Shown: positions 17,782-27,773, numbered from the stretch's first letter. The stretch is 35,770 nt of DNA from an uncultured Candidatus Saccharibacteria bacterium (GCA_965230975.1 OZ246402.1:1-35770), one strand, 5' to 3'. Numbers and translations are program-made. Notes: generated from the sequence alone by a model not told the origin.

Positions 17782-20322
17782 TTACAAAGACACTTTTATA
17801 ATTTTTGACCCATCTAAAACATACACTGTATTTGTTGATTGATCTACCACAACCTCTTTTATATTAGAAAATATATTCTCTGTACCTCTATAAACAAATT
17901 GCTGAATAAACTTTACATTTTTTTGTTCATTATCTATAACTTCAAATACCATGACTCTTTTATTTTTTGGATCTGCAACTGCCATATAGTTTTGGTCAAG
18001 ATCAATTGCTGTAGCTTGTGATAAGGAGTTGAAATCAGTTTGAGCAAAGTTTTGATATGTTTCATAATTCAAACTATTGTCACCTCCTGCCAAGTATCTT
18101 TTAATACCTGTGCCCTCAATCAAAACATAAATTTCGTAAGGCACAGAGATATCTATAGCCCTAGCGAATTCTGCATCTGTCTTCCAATTTGGAGGATTAA
18201 TCGTTACATAAATTGAGCCTCCGCCTCCATAAGAATTACCTACTTTATCTCGTTTGAATATTTGCTGATGATTTTGGTGCAATTCGTATAGAGCATCATT
18301 ATTTGAATATATTGCTGCTTCGCTAATATTACCTATTAAAGCTGTAGACAAGCCGGCTAACCTTGTAAATTCTCCGGATTGTGTATTTAAAATACCCATA
18401 GAGCTTGATGTATCTGAATCGTAAACAACTAGATTATTTGCAGCATTTCTAACTAAATGTGCTGGTGTATTTAAGTTTTTAATTAGCTCTTGAGCAGTAG
18501 AGTTTACGCCTGTATTTATTTTGTAAACTACATTTCTTTTAGCATCTGTTGCATACAAGCTACCATTTGCAATAGCTAAATCTGATAGATTTGTATCTGA
18601 AAATAACTTGCCAACATCAGTTACTAATTGAATGTTTGACTCGTTAATCTCTTTAATAAAAGATAATGAATCTTTAGCTAAATTAATTTTCACTTTAAGT
18701 CTATCTAATTCATCTGTAAAAAGGTTCTCTTTCTTTTGAGTATCAATAGATGTAGCAAGTGTAGTTAATTTATTGCTTAAAATATCTTTTTTTGTTTGAT
18801 CTTGATTCTTAACAGTCTCAACTTGACTTACCGCTTGGTTAACTTCAGATTCTAATTGAGACACTTTAGATGTAACATTTTGAATTCTTTCTGATTCCCT
18901 TCTTGAATTATCTGCATCTTTCCAAGCGAAATAAATCAAACCTACTAAAATAATTAGTACAATAACCATTATTACTCTATTACGTTTTAATTTATCTGCA
19001 TTCTTTCTTCTATCTAACCTATCTAAACCTATAACATCATTTTTTAAAAACTGTAAAAACTTACCAAATAATATTTTAATTTTTTGGAAAAGTGTTTTAG
19101 CAACTTGCTGATATGTTTTTTGACCTGTAGAGCCCTCGCCTTTTTTAAAAGCAAAATTTTCTTTTAATGTAGCAGCAGTATTTTTTACACTTTCAAAAGT
19201 ATTTGAGTTTGCATTTGGGTTTTGAACATATGAGTTGTTTAAACCATTGTTTGTTGACTTTGAATCCTGATATTCATTGCTTTGATCATCTTCAAATTCT
19301 GTAAATTCAGGACCAACCTGTGCTTTATTTTTGTAAGTTGGTAACTTGGATGCTAAACCAGAGACTTTTTGAGATACATTCTTAAACCGGTTACCAAACT
19401 TATTTACAAGACCTACTGTGGTTGTGCTCTCTTCTACTAAATCGATATCATTCTCTCTACCATCATTTGCCCATTCATTATCATAAGGTATTGATTCTGT
19501 TTGCTCACCCGTAGGGTTTAATTGAGTAGATGATTGTAAATCATTTGAGTTGGTAAATGTATCTTCATTAAAATCATTAGGTGTATCTTCTATAAATTCT
19601 CCTATAGGGACTTGAGAGTCAATAACTTCAGTTGTATTGTCTACATCTATAATAGGAGCTTGTGGTACTGGTGCAAATGAATTCCAATTTTCAGATTCGT
19701 CTGCAAAGATCAATATTGCAGAACCTTTATCTTCTGATATATCTCCAAGTAAATCTACTTGTAAATACTTTGCTAATTCTTCTAATTTTGATAGTGAACT
19801 TGTATAAGGTGTTGATGTTGTTAACAAGATTCTATCTGAACTCTCAAGCTTTAAGCTACCTGTTTTTACAAAGCCCATCATATTTGCATCTACCAACCCT
19901 TTTGAAATATCTACAAGCTTTTGATTTCTGTAAATAAATAACTTACTGTCTCCAATAACCCCAACTGTTAGCAAATCTTTATTAACAAGTGCAATAGACA
20001 TTTCTATATCCATCCCTTTTTCTAAAATCTCATCTTCTCTAGATACAATTACCTCTAGTTTGGTTTTCATTTTTTGCAAAGCTTCTTCTAGCTTTACAAT
20101 CTCATCCTCTTCGACTAAATCGTTATAGTAAGCATCTTGAAACTCGTCTAGTAGCATTTTAGCTATTCTTTCTAACTCTACATTTTCTGCGTCGGATTTG
20201 AGTCTTACAACACAAAATAACTCACTTTCAATCTCAGCGCCTTCATCTGGCCTATAGCCGTAAATACCAGACCAGTCGTTACCTGAAATCTTTCCAACTA
20301 AGTAATTCGCTTTTATATTCAT
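17782..20322 (-). CDS. Bitopic protein: N-terminal PP2C/SpoIIE-like domain, TM helix, coiled coil, C-terminal beta-propeller-like repeats
   Basis: 846 aa. PP2C-like blocks are LLTVGVIGDSKLFIYRNQKL, SDRILLTTS and GSAILIFAD, but no DGHGG-type metal motif is seen. A long N/S/T/Q-rich linker leads to the TM helix VIMVIVLIILVGLIYFAW and a coiled coil. Blade-like repeats include LYATDAKRNVVYKI, LVVYDSD, YMAVADPKNKRVMVFEV and VYVLDGSKIIKV. Confidence 0.5.
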   Translation of the reverse strand: MNIKANYLVGKISGNDWSGIYGYRPDEGAEIESELFCVVRLKSDAENVELERIAKMLLDEFQDAYYNDLVEEDEIVKLEEALQKMKTKLEVIVSREDEILEKGMDIEMSIALVNKDLLTVGVIGDSKLFIYRNQKLVDISKGLVDANMMGFVKTGSLKLESSDRILLTTSTPYTSSLSKLEELAKYLQVDLLGDISEDKGSAILIFADESENWNSFAPVPQAPIIDVDNTTEVIDSQVPIGEFIEDTPNDFNEDTFTNSNDLQSSTQLNPTGEQTESIPYDNEWANDGRENDIDLVEESTTTVGLVNKFGNRFKNVSQKVSGLASKLPTYKNKAQVGPEFTEFEDDQSNEYQDSKSTNNGLNNSYVQNPNANSNTFESVKNTAATLKENFAFKKGEGSTGQKTYQQVAKTLFQKIKILFGKFLQFLKNDVIGLDRLDRRKNADKLKRNRVIMVIVLIILVGLIYFAWKDADNSRRESERIQNVTSKVSQLESEVNQAVSQVETVKNQDQTKKDILSNKLTTLATSIDTQKKENLFTDELDRLKVKINLAKDSLSFIKEINESNIQLVTDVGKLFSDTNLSDLAIANGSLYATDAKRNVVYKINTGVNSTAQELIKNLNTPAHLVRNAANNLVVYDSDTSSSMGILNTQSGEFTRLAGLSTALIGNISEAAIYSNNDALYELHQNHQQIFKRDKVGNSYGGGGSIYVTINPPNWKTDAEFARAIDISVPYEIYVLIEGTGIKRYLAGGDNSLNYETYQNFAQTDFNSLSQATAIDLDQNYMAVADPKNKRVMVFEVIDNEQKNVKFIQQFVYRGTENIFSNIKEVVVDQSTNTVYVLDGSKIIKVSL

Positions 20323-20360
20323 AACCCATGATTTTTAACTTTTTACAGTATATCAGAAAG

Positions 20361-20585
20361 TTAAAGCAAAATTATCAATAGAAGAATGACAATTAGTATA
20401 AAAATGTAAATTACATTTATTATTGTAAATAAAGGCTTATTGCCTGTAGAAAAAATATTATTCATACTTGAAATTCTGCTTACCAAGACAATCCCGACTA
20501 GAAAGTGAAACAAAGCAAAAAATATTGCTACAAGCTTTATTACCTCTGCAATAGTATTATTATCCATCTGTATATCTTTTAACAA
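20361..20585 (-). CDS. Small two-TM membrane protein
   Basis: 74 aa with two hydrophobic helices. It overlaps the upstream gene end by 8-26 nt depending on the start used (Met7 is also possible). Confidence 0.4.
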   Translation of the reverse strand: MLKDIQMDNNTIAEVIKLVAIFFALFHFLVGIVLVSRISSMNNIFSTGNKPLFTIINVIYIFILIVILLLIILL

Positions 20586-21369
20586 TTTTAACTAAATCCA
20601 TAATCACATCCCTTACCCTTGTTGGGTCTGCAATATAATCAAAGCTTAATTCTCCGGCATTAGATGCAGTTCTAACCTTTATTGTTCCATAGTTAAGCAT
20701 ATCTGCCAAAAATCCTAAAGACTGCTCTTCTACATCTTCTAAACTTCTTAATGGAGCCTCCGCAACCTTGTACCCTTGAAATGGAGAAAATTCATAATCC
20801 AAAATTCTGTGGTTAGTTACAATATAAATATCGTAATACCAATCATAAAAATTTTTAATTACATTTGAAAATATTATTGAGTAATAAGCCAAAAGTATTA
20901 TTATAAATACCCTAAAAGATAAAAATTCTATACTTATATTTAGCAATTGAAGAATTATTATTGAAATAAATGGAATTAATGCATAAAAAACATTGTTAAT
21001 AATCCAGCCTATGTTTCTAATCCAGTGCATTCTTACTAAAACATATATTTTTTCATCTGCATCTTGCGTTGCAAAAGTCATTCGTTTTGGTCTGTATTGA
21101 ATACTTCCAAACCACTTAGACATTCTCTTTGGGACAACAGCTTCTATCTCTTGATCAATCATTTGCTTTAAAACCATGCTATCTATTTTTGGCTGATTCA
21201 CACCATTTGGATAAGTGCCCTGAAACTGCGGTGGGTAAGGATAATAATTTTGAGGGTTAAATGGTGTGCCCGGCTGTGACATTGAGTTATTTGATGGGTA
21301 AGGATTATTATTTACCGGCTGAGTATTTGGATTATTTGCACTTGGCTGTATTAGATTTGTATCACTCAT
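20560..21369 (-). CDS. Membrane protein with bacterial PH (YdbS/YdbT-like) domain and Pro/Asn/Gln-rich N-terminus
   Basis: 269 aa with two TM helices (IGWIINNVFYALIPFISIIILQL and VFIIILLAYYSIIFSNV). They are followed by YDIYIVTNHRILDYEF...GTIKVRTASNAGELSFDYIADPTRVRDVI, typical of the bPH_2 layout. Confidence 0.5.
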   Translation of the reverse strand: MSDTNLIQPSANNPNTQPVNNNPYPSNNSMSQPGTPFNPQNYYPYPPQFQGTYPNGVNQPKIDSMVLKQMIDQEIEAVVPKRMSKWFGSIQYRPKRMTFATQDADEKIYVLVRMHWIRNIGWIINNVFYALIPFISIIILQLLNISIEFLSFRVFIIILLAYYSIIFSNVIKNFYDWYYDIYIVTNHRILDYEFSPFQGYKVAEAPLRSLEDVEEQSLGFLADMLNYGTIKVRTASNAGELSFDYIADPTRVRDVIMDLVKIVKRYTDG

Positions 21370-21428
21370 GTTTAAATTTAATTACTTTAATAATATCATC
21401 TTTTAGTTAATTATATAAAATTACCATT

Positions 21429-23222
21429 TTAGTTAACATTCAAATAGTAAGTTTGACTATAAATAAAGTCATTTGTCCCATTACTAGAAACCCATTCGTT
21501 CCAATAGTACTTAAACCACCAGCCACCAATAACCCTAATTTGACCGTTATTACCATTTAAATAAACTTTCTTAACTCTAAGAGATGGGTCACGCTCAAAA
21601 GATAAACTTTTTAGACCTCCAATATCTAGCATCCACTGACCCAATTGATTGTGGTAAAGCATTGATTCTATATTTGCCATGGTATAAGAATAAGTTTTCC
21701 ATTGCCACAAACCGCATGGTGAACCTTGGCAATAATAGTTCCAGTATAGTCGTGAGTTTTGAGCATATTGATTATCGTTAACAGACCTTAAATATGGCCG
21801 ATCTGCAGTTGCACTGCCTCCAAGACTTTGAAATCTTGTATCATAATCTGCTGATCCATTTCCCTGATTATTGTCTGCCGAATATAAAGCCTCTATTAAC
21901 TGACCTGAATAAGTAATTACCAAATCTTTTGTTTGTTGAACTAAATCCATCTCATTTTGATCTCCATTTTTAAAATAAGAAACCTGACAATATGTTGTTA
22001 AACAAATTGGATAATTAGGATCACCGTTATTTGTATATTTTGCTGCATAAGTTCTGGCAGCTATAATTTGAGCTTTTCTTGCCTCTGAATGCCACCCTTC
22101 TGGCATTTCACCCAAACCAGATAAATAAGAATCAAAGCTAACTCTATCTGTAACAACAGGACCATAGTAATTACCTCCATAATAACAACCCTCCTGATAT
22201 GGGGCTAAGGCTGGATTACCCTGACAATATTTAACACTTATTTGAGAATTTAACGAATATTGAACAACTTGTGCGCCAGTATAGTAAAACTGAAGTATTT
22301 GAGTTGCATTCAACCCTTGTTCTGCCGCACCCTTAGCCCCATATTGAGACATTCCAACTCCATGACCCATTGCCAAGTCCCTACCATTTCCGCAAAGGTA
22401 ATACGTACCGGCAGGTGCATTTGCATCTTTTATACAATTTGTATTTCCTAACGTACCTTGATTTTGACGTAAGATTTCCTCTTCCCTTAAAATTGCTTGA
22501 CGCTGTTCTTCACTTAATGACTGAATACTCCCTTGTATATTTTTTACACTTACTTGCAAATTATTTATTTGATTTCCGCTAAAAGATACCATATATGCTA
22601 AATATGCTATTTGAGCTTCTAAATCCCTTTTCTTTTGTTCAAGTTCAGATTGGGCCTTTTCTAAATCAGATTTAGCAGTTTCATATTTTGTTATTTCTTC
22701 AACTAGTGCTGTTATTTCTGTATTTACATAGCCAATATCTGTACTTTGCTTGTCCGCAACAATTTCTGTATATTTTTCGTTTTTTCTGAAATCATAATCC
22801 TCTTTTATAACCTTGTTAATGTCTGTATTTGTTGTTCTCCACTCCATATAATTAGATCTGACAGAATTTATTCTGGTAATTTCTCTTTGAAGCTTTTCAA
22901 GCTCTTTGAGCGCCCTGTTTTGATTGTATAAATCTAATTGTATTTTATTGTATTCGATTTCTGCCTCTATCTTTTTTATTTCAGCTTCAATTGCCGGAAC
23001 TCCTCCACCTATACTTGAAAGATCCTGAGTATATTTATCTAAATTTGTTTTGGCTTGTTCTAACTGACTTTGAGTTTGGTTAAGTTGATTTTGCTGGTTT
23101 AATATATCTTGTGCTATTTCTGCAGATGATTTAGCCAAGACAGTTAAAGGTAAAAAGGCAATTGAAAATGCTATTAAAACAATACTAATTTTGAAGATTT
23201 TAAAGGTTTTCATATAAGACAA
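21429..23222 (-). CDS. Secreted coiled-coil protein with SpoIID/LytB-like peptidoglycan-remodelling domain (segment order appears permuted)
   Basis: 597 aa. A signal peptide (FKISIVLIAFSIAFLPLTVLA) is followed by ~230 aa of coiled coil. SpoIID signatures are GHGVGMSQYGAKGAAEQGLNATQILQFYYTG, KAQIIAARTYAAKY, IEALYSADNNQGNGSAD and PYLRSV. Confidence 0.75.
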   Translation of the reverse strand: MSYMKTFKIFKISIVLIAFSIAFLPLTVLAKSSAEIAQDILNQQNQLNQTQSQLEQAKTNLDKYTQDLSSIGGGVPAIEAEIKKIEAEIEYNKIQLDLYNQNRALKELEKLQREITRINSVRSNYMEWRTTNTDINKVIKEDYDFRKNEKYTEIVADKQSTDIGYVNTEITALVEEITKYETAKSDLEKAQSELEQKKRDLEAQIAYLAYMVSFSGNQINNLQVSVKNIQGSIQSLSEEQRQAILREEEILRQNQGTLGNTNCIKDANAPAGTYYLCGNGRDLAMGHGVGMSQYGAKGAAEQGLNATQILQFYYTGAQVVQYSLNSQISVKYCQGNPALAPYQEGCYYGGNYYGPVVTDRVSFDSYLSGLGEMPEGWHSEARKAQIIAARTYAAKYTNNGDPNYPICLTTYCQVSYFKNGDQNEMDLVQQTKDLVITYSGQLIEALYSADNNQGNGSADYDTRFQSLGGSATADRPYLRSVNDNQYAQNSRLYWNYYCQGSPCGLWQWKTYSYTMANIESMLYHNQLGQWMLDIGGLKSLSFERDPSLRVKKVYLNGNNGQIRVIGGWWFKYYWNEWVSSNGTNDFIYSQTYYLNVN

Positions 23223-24618
23223 TTACCTGCCTTATATTGTTATATTTTTCTATGATTTCGTCAAATCTAAGTTGCTTACAGAAAATTACAAGTGGCAAAT
23301 ATACTTTTGTATTTTGAGTTTGATTATTGCCCTGCATTAACATTGAAATGTATTCATCATCCGGCTTTACAGATAAATTTGAAGAAAACTCAATATTTTC
23401 TTTTTCTATTTTTAAAATATCCAACTCTCTTCTTTTTTTATAATAGGTATCTACATCTATATTTTGCTTTTCTAGTTCTTCTAAACTTTTTTTTGATTCC
23501 TCTATTTGCGAAATTGTATTTTTTAAAGATGACTGAATATTTTCTAAGGTTTCACCTCCAAGGGATTTATTTATATTTTGATTTATATTCTCCTGCTCTG
23601 CTAATAAAGCATTTAAGTATGCACCCTTTACCATCTTCATATCTTCGGCTTGTGTTGCAAAAAGTTGTACATCAGTACCTTGTGGTATAGGAGCTACAGG
23701 CATTTGTTCATTTTTTTTGATCTCTTTTTTATTACTAACCTGTATAACAACAAATATCACAAGAAAAGTCATAGACACTGCTAAACCCAAAAGTAATAAG
23801 CCTATATTTGATGAAATCAAAAAATAAACTATGCTTGCTAAAACCTGAATAACAACAAGGGCTAAGATCCACTTATGTTTTAGTTTAATTGGATCTGGTT
23901 CTATTTTGTAGGTTTCTGCCATTCTACTAGCCTGCTTAAAACCACCACTTAATTTTTGATTTAACTGATCAATTCTCTCTTCTTTAATTTTATTTATCTC
24001 ATCTGTTTTATGATGTGCATTTTCATTTTGAACCTTTAAAACCTCTGACTCTACCTTTGTTTTGCCATCTAACAAAGATTGTACAGATGCAAGCTTTTGT
24101 TCTAAATTACCTTTAGATTTCTCTAATTCTGAAATCTTGCTGTTTAAAGACTCCTTGTTTGTTTTTTGACTTTGATAACCCGATACATCTTTATCTAAGT
24201 TCTTAATTTTGATAAGTATTTCTGCAAGCTTATTAAAATTTGCAATTTCATTTTCTTGCATACCATTTGTAAGCTGTTGAAATTTTGAATTTACATTCGT
24301 AGATGGCGTAGCTACATTTAACCCAATAGATTTTTCTTGAGCTATAGAATCTATATTTAATTGTGCAGTTTCAGGCAAAAGAATGTATTCACTTAGCAAT
24401 TGATTGTGAACAGGAATTTGTAAACCTTGTAAAAATGTAAGGTAGTTTGCAACAGATAAATGCTCTTGGCCATCAACTAATATATTTGATTCTACAGAGG
24501 ATTGGCCTCCGTTTAGAAAGTTTTTTATTTCTGATGCAACTTCGCTAGATATTGATACAGGTGCATTAGTATTTAAAACCAAATCTTTAATTTTTAGTGA
24601 CTTTATATCTATTCTCAT
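23200..24618 (-). CDS. Coiled-coil membrane protein with central TM hairpin
   Basis: 472 aa. Long heptad-like stretches lie on both sides of two adjacent TM helices (WILALVVIQVLASIVYFLI and LLLLGLAVSMTFLVIFVVIQV). Its end overlaps the SpoIID-like gene start. Confidence 0.55.
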   Translation of the reverse strand: MRIDIKSLKIKDLVLNTNAPVSISSEVASEIKNFLNGGQSSVESNILVDGQEHLSVANYLTFLQGLQIPVHNQLLSEYILLPETAQLNIDSIAQEKSIGLNVATPSTNVNSKFQQLTNGMQENEIANFNKLAEILIKIKNLDKDVSGYQSQKTNKESLNSKISELEKSKGNLEQKLASVQSLLDGKTKVESEVLKVQNENAHHKTDEINKIKEERIDQLNQKLSGGFKQASRMAETYKIEPDPIKLKHKWILALVVIQVLASIVYFLISSNIGLLLLGLAVSMTFLVIFVVIQVSNKKEIKKNEQMPVAPIPQGTDVQLFATQAEDMKMVKGAYLNALLAEQENINQNINKSLGGETLENIQSSLKNTISQIEESKKSLEELEKQNIDVDTYYKKRRELDILKIEKENIEFSSNLSVKPDDEYISMLMQGNNQTQNTKVYLPLVIFCKQLRFDEIIEKYNNIRQVIVLYENL

Positions 24619-24681
24619 ATTTCTAGAAATGTTTATTTACATTCTACTGAAGTTTAAGATGGAAAGAAAATGAAATTTGAT

Positions 24682-25488
24682 TTAATTTTGAAGCCAAGTA
24701 CCCCGATCTGCAGTACTACCGCCTGTTGCGCACACAAAGAACATACGACTTGCTGCACCTGCTGAATCTGGAGCTAAGTTTTCTGTATATATTTGAGTGG
24801 TTGTAATATACCTTTCGCCACAAAAGATCATTGACCCCGGGTTGCTACAAGCTAATCCATCTGGCAATGTGCCCCCAGATTCACAAGTATTTCTAAGGTA
24901 AGTTTCGTTTCCAGTACATATGCTTGTAAAAAAGAATTGAAATCCGGGCATATTTACGTTGTAACATTCTACATCTGTATTTACACCAAGCAATCTAAAC
25001 ACCGTTGTTAAAATTGGAACTGCCAAAAAAACTAGTATAAAACCTATTACGTAATTAATTATCTTTTTTCTAAGCTCTACTAGTTGATTGTCAGAAGTTC
25101 CACCTCTTAAAATATATTGATAGCCTAAAACCACAAGTAACACAAAAGAAAAAGATGCAACGAGTGCCCAAATTATGTATAAAATTCTAATAAACCAAAG
25201 TTCTATCTGCTGCAAAGCTGGTGGTATTAAATAAGCTCTATCATCTCCGGAAACGCCATCATCATCTAGGCCTCTACATAAATAATAGCCTGTTGCACTA
25301 TCTTTATAAATCGTTGCACTACTTCTGTTTCCAAATTTATCTAAACATTGGTAAGATGCTTCATCGTTACCTGAAAATGGGTTTGTTTGAATTTGTGCTT
25401 GGGCAATAGTTGGGAAAGCGATAGTAAAAAGAAGGCCTAATACTAGGCCAACTTTTAATTTATTTTTAGGTAAACCTATTAAATTCAT
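24682..25488 (-). CDS. VirB2/TrbC-like pilin paralog 6 with Cys-containing N- and C-terminal extracellular extensions
   Basis: 268 aa. The signal peptide ends AFPTIAQA. The core is TM, RGGTSDNQLVELRKK, TM. There are 8 Cys, 6 of them in the ~95-aa C-terminal module. Confidence 0.5.
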   Translation of the reverse strand: MNLIGLPKNKLKVGLVLGLLFTIAFPTIAQAQIQTNPFSGNDEASYQCLDKFGNRSSATIYKDSATGYYLCRGLDDDGVSGDDRAYLIPPALQQIELWFIRILYIIWALVASFSFVLLVVLGYQYILRGGTSDNQLVELRKKIINYVIGFILVFLAVPILTTVFRLLGVNTDVECYNVNMPGFQFFFTSICTGNETYLRNTCESGGTLPDGLACSNPGSMIFCGERYITTTQIYTENLAPDSAGAASRMFFVCATGGSTADRGTWLQN

Positions 25489-25491
25489 TAA

Positions 25492-25980
25492 TTAGTTTAA
25501 ATCATTTGTAATTTGATCTACTCCTTCTTGTGGCAATGGGTTTGTTAATGCACCAGTTGCCTCAAATAGTACCAAAATCAAGACTAGGCCAATAACACCT
25601 ACAAACAATGCTATTAAACCAACAAATACGCTTTTAATTGCTTTTTGTGCAGATTCAATTTTATCTTTATCTCCTTCAGATCTAATATATTTAATAGCAG
25701 CTTTAATAACAATGTAAACAGCAACAACAATAATTGCAATAAAGATAAACGATGCTCCTAATCTTGCCAAGTTTACTGCTTGTTGTGCTAAAGTTGTTTT
25801 ATCTGGAACAGCATCGGCTTTTCCTGAACAAACGCTATCTATACCAAAAGCCCCAATGTTTTTAATGAATGGGAATATATCACAAACTACACTACCTGTT
25901 GTTTGTGCATGAACCGGAATTGGGTTTATAGTTAAAGTTGCTAATGCGATTGCTGTTGCTACCAAAAGTTTCCTAAACAT
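25492..25980 (-). CDS. VirB2/TrbC-like pilin paralog 5
   Basis: 162 aa. The signal peptide ends PVHAQ. The core is TM (ASFIFIAIIVVAVYIVI), KYIRSEGDKDKIESAQKAIK, TM (VFVGLIALFVGVIGLVLILVL). It has 2 Cys. Confidence 0.6.
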   Translation of the reverse strand: MFRKLLVATAIALATLTINPIPVHAQTTGSVVCDIFPFIKNIGAFGIDSVCSGKADAVPDKTTLAQQAVNLARLGASFIFIAIIVVAVYIVIKAAIKYIRSEGDKDKIESAQKAIKSVFVGLIALFVGVIGLVLILVLFEATGALTNPLPQEGVDQITNDLN

Positions 25981-26043
25981 AGTTATCTTTTAAAATCTAT
26001 AAATTAATTAAATCACAATTATTTTAACACTGCAATAGAATTA

Positions 26044-26493
26044 TTAAAGAATAGGTAAATCCACCAAAGGTGGATCTTCAACCTGCTCATTAAAAATACC
26101 TGTTGCATCAAATAATACTGATATTACTATAATACCTATTACACCAACAAAGATTATTATTATTCCAAAAAATACACCTCTAATATTTTCAATACCTTCT
26201 TGAACTTTATCTTTGTCTCCTTCACTTCTGACAATCTTTAATACTGCTCTAATAATTAAAATTATCCCAAGCCCAATTATTGCAACAAATACCAGCGTTA
26301 AACCAAGTTTTATTAAATTACCCGAATCTGTATATGCACTTGCACAATCACCATTTGGGCAGCCTCCAACATCTGCACAAGGTATAAAATCACATAATCC
26401 TTGTGCTTTAATGCTTAAGTTAAAAAGACCGGGTAAAAAAGACGAGAATATTAAGATTAGTGCAAAAAATATAGTAAATAGTTTTGTTTTCAT
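26044..26493 (-). CDS. VirB2/TrbC-like pilin paralog 4
   Basis: 149 aa with a signal peptide and the motif CDFIPCADVGGCPNGDC (4 Cys). The core is TM, KIVRSEGDKDKVQEGIENIR, TM. The loop is near-identical to paralog 5. Confidence 0.6.
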   Translation of the reverse strand: MKTKLFTIFFALILIFSSFLPGLFNLSIKAQGLCDFIPCADVGGCPNGDCASAYTDSGNLIKLGLTLVFVAIIGLGIILIIRAVLKIVRSEGDKDKVQEGIENIRGVFFGIIIIFVGVIGIIVISVLFDATGIFNEQVEDPPLVDLPIL

Positions 26494-26505
26494 ATTGTTT
26501 TTAAA

Positions 26506-27030
26506 TTAAATTAGGCCCCCTCCCCCTGATGACCCACCAGTGTTTGAGGTATAACCACATTCTGCATCTGCTTCTTCCCTAGCATTTGCTCCACCTTTAT
26601 CTAAAAATGCCTGGAAATAGTAGTCGTAATCTGCAGATTCACAAGATCTAAACATTCTAGGCCACTCAAATATTGTTCCTAGGCCAGCAAATATTCCAAT
26701 AATACTTAAAATGACAGGAAATAAAAAACTCATAAAAACCCCTAGCAATATGTTTTGAAGTTTTTTTATTAGTTCTTGAATCTTATCGGCCTTTCCACCG
26801 CTTTGCATTCCTTCTACCCCTAACTGCACAATTTTAACTATCCAAAAAGCTACTATACCCAAGGTTGCAATTACCCCTAAAAAGGAAAGTAATGAAAAAA
26901 CAGTAGATGCAGACCCTGCAACAGCGCTAAAATCTACAAATAGTGGAATTGTTATTGGTTTTAAATTAACTTCGTCTGGTAAGTTTACTGTTGATTGTTG
27001 CAAAATTGTACTAATTATAGTTTGTAACAT
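26506..27030 (-). CDS. VirB2/TrbC-like pilin paralog 3 (no obvious cleavable signal; C-terminal extension)
   Basis: 174 aa. The core is TM (FLGVIATLGIVAFWIV), GMQSGGKADKIQELIKKLQN, TM. The C-terminal tail has 2 Cys and a Gly/Ser-rich end. Confidence 0.5.
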   Translation of the reverse strand: MLQTIISTILQQSTVNLPDEVNLKPITIPLFVDFSAVAGSASTVFSLLSFLGVIATLGIVAFWIVKIVQLGVEGMQSGGKADKIQELIKKLQNILLGVFMSFLFPVILSIIGIFAGLGTIFEWPRMFRSCESADYDYYFQAFLDKGGANAREEADAECGYTSNTGGSSGGGGLI

Positions 27031-27032
27031 AT

Positions 27033-27770
27033 TTATTGAATAACAATTGTTGGCACACCGGAATCCACTGGTGCATCTGGGTTAACCTGAAAATTAATTG
27101 TATTTAATGCAGGCAAACCAAGTATGCTAAATATAATTTGGGTTATTAACAAGAATGTAAGCGCCAAAATAAAGCCAATCAAAATAGCCCTTGCTTCTTT
27201 ACTAACAGCTGCAATATCTTCTTCTTTTGTAGTATTTGGTAATTTTATAGCATATATATAAATACCTCTAAATGCAGCGTAAATTGCCAAAACACCTATA
27301 ACTGTTGAGAATATAAAATTAATGATTGTAGGGATTTTTTCGTATGTAATATTTACTTTTGTGTTAAATATTTCAAAAGCAAAAAAATTAAGCTCAGCTG
27401 GAGTATCTATAGCAACACTCTCGTCTTTACATTTATTTTCACAACAATCTACCCTGCCAGAAGAACCTGGAGTCGGTAATGATTTAGCTAAAATACATGC
27501 GTAATCGGGTTCATACTCTCCAGGTCCGGAACAACCTGCTGGAATACATGTAGATTGAATAGGACAAGCGCACACACCTGAACCACTAGAACTTTCTGTA
27601 CAGTAATATTGATTACCACCTCTAGTTGCACACCATTCAGTTACTAACTTACCCCTACAAAGTGAATCACTTAGTGGGCCACAATCTTGTGCCTTCACGT
27701 TATTAGAAACCAAGAACGATGCTATTACTAAGAAAGCTGTAAATAAAAATATTTTAAAGATATTATTCAT
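27033..27770 (-). CDS. VirB2/TrbC-like pilin paralog 2 with N-terminal 12-Cys module
   Basis: 245 aa with a signal peptide, then a ~90-aa module containing 12 Cys. The core is TM (FSTVIGVLAIYAAF), KLPNTTKEEDIAAVSKEAR, TM (ILIGFILALTFLLITQIIF). Confidence 0.5.
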   Translation of the reverse strand: MNNIFKIFLFTAFLVIASFLVSNNVKAQDCGPLSDSLCRGKLVTEWCATRGGNQYYCTESSSGSGVCACPIQSTCIPAGCSGPGEYEPDYACILAKSLPTPGSSGRVDCCENKCKDESVAIDTPAELNFFAFEIFNTKVNITYEKIPTIINFIFSTVIGVLAIYAAFRGIYIYAIKLPNTTKEEDIAAVSKEARAILIGFILALTFLLITQIIFSILGLPALNTINFQVNPDAPVDSGVPTIVIQ

Positions 27771-27773
27771 ATT

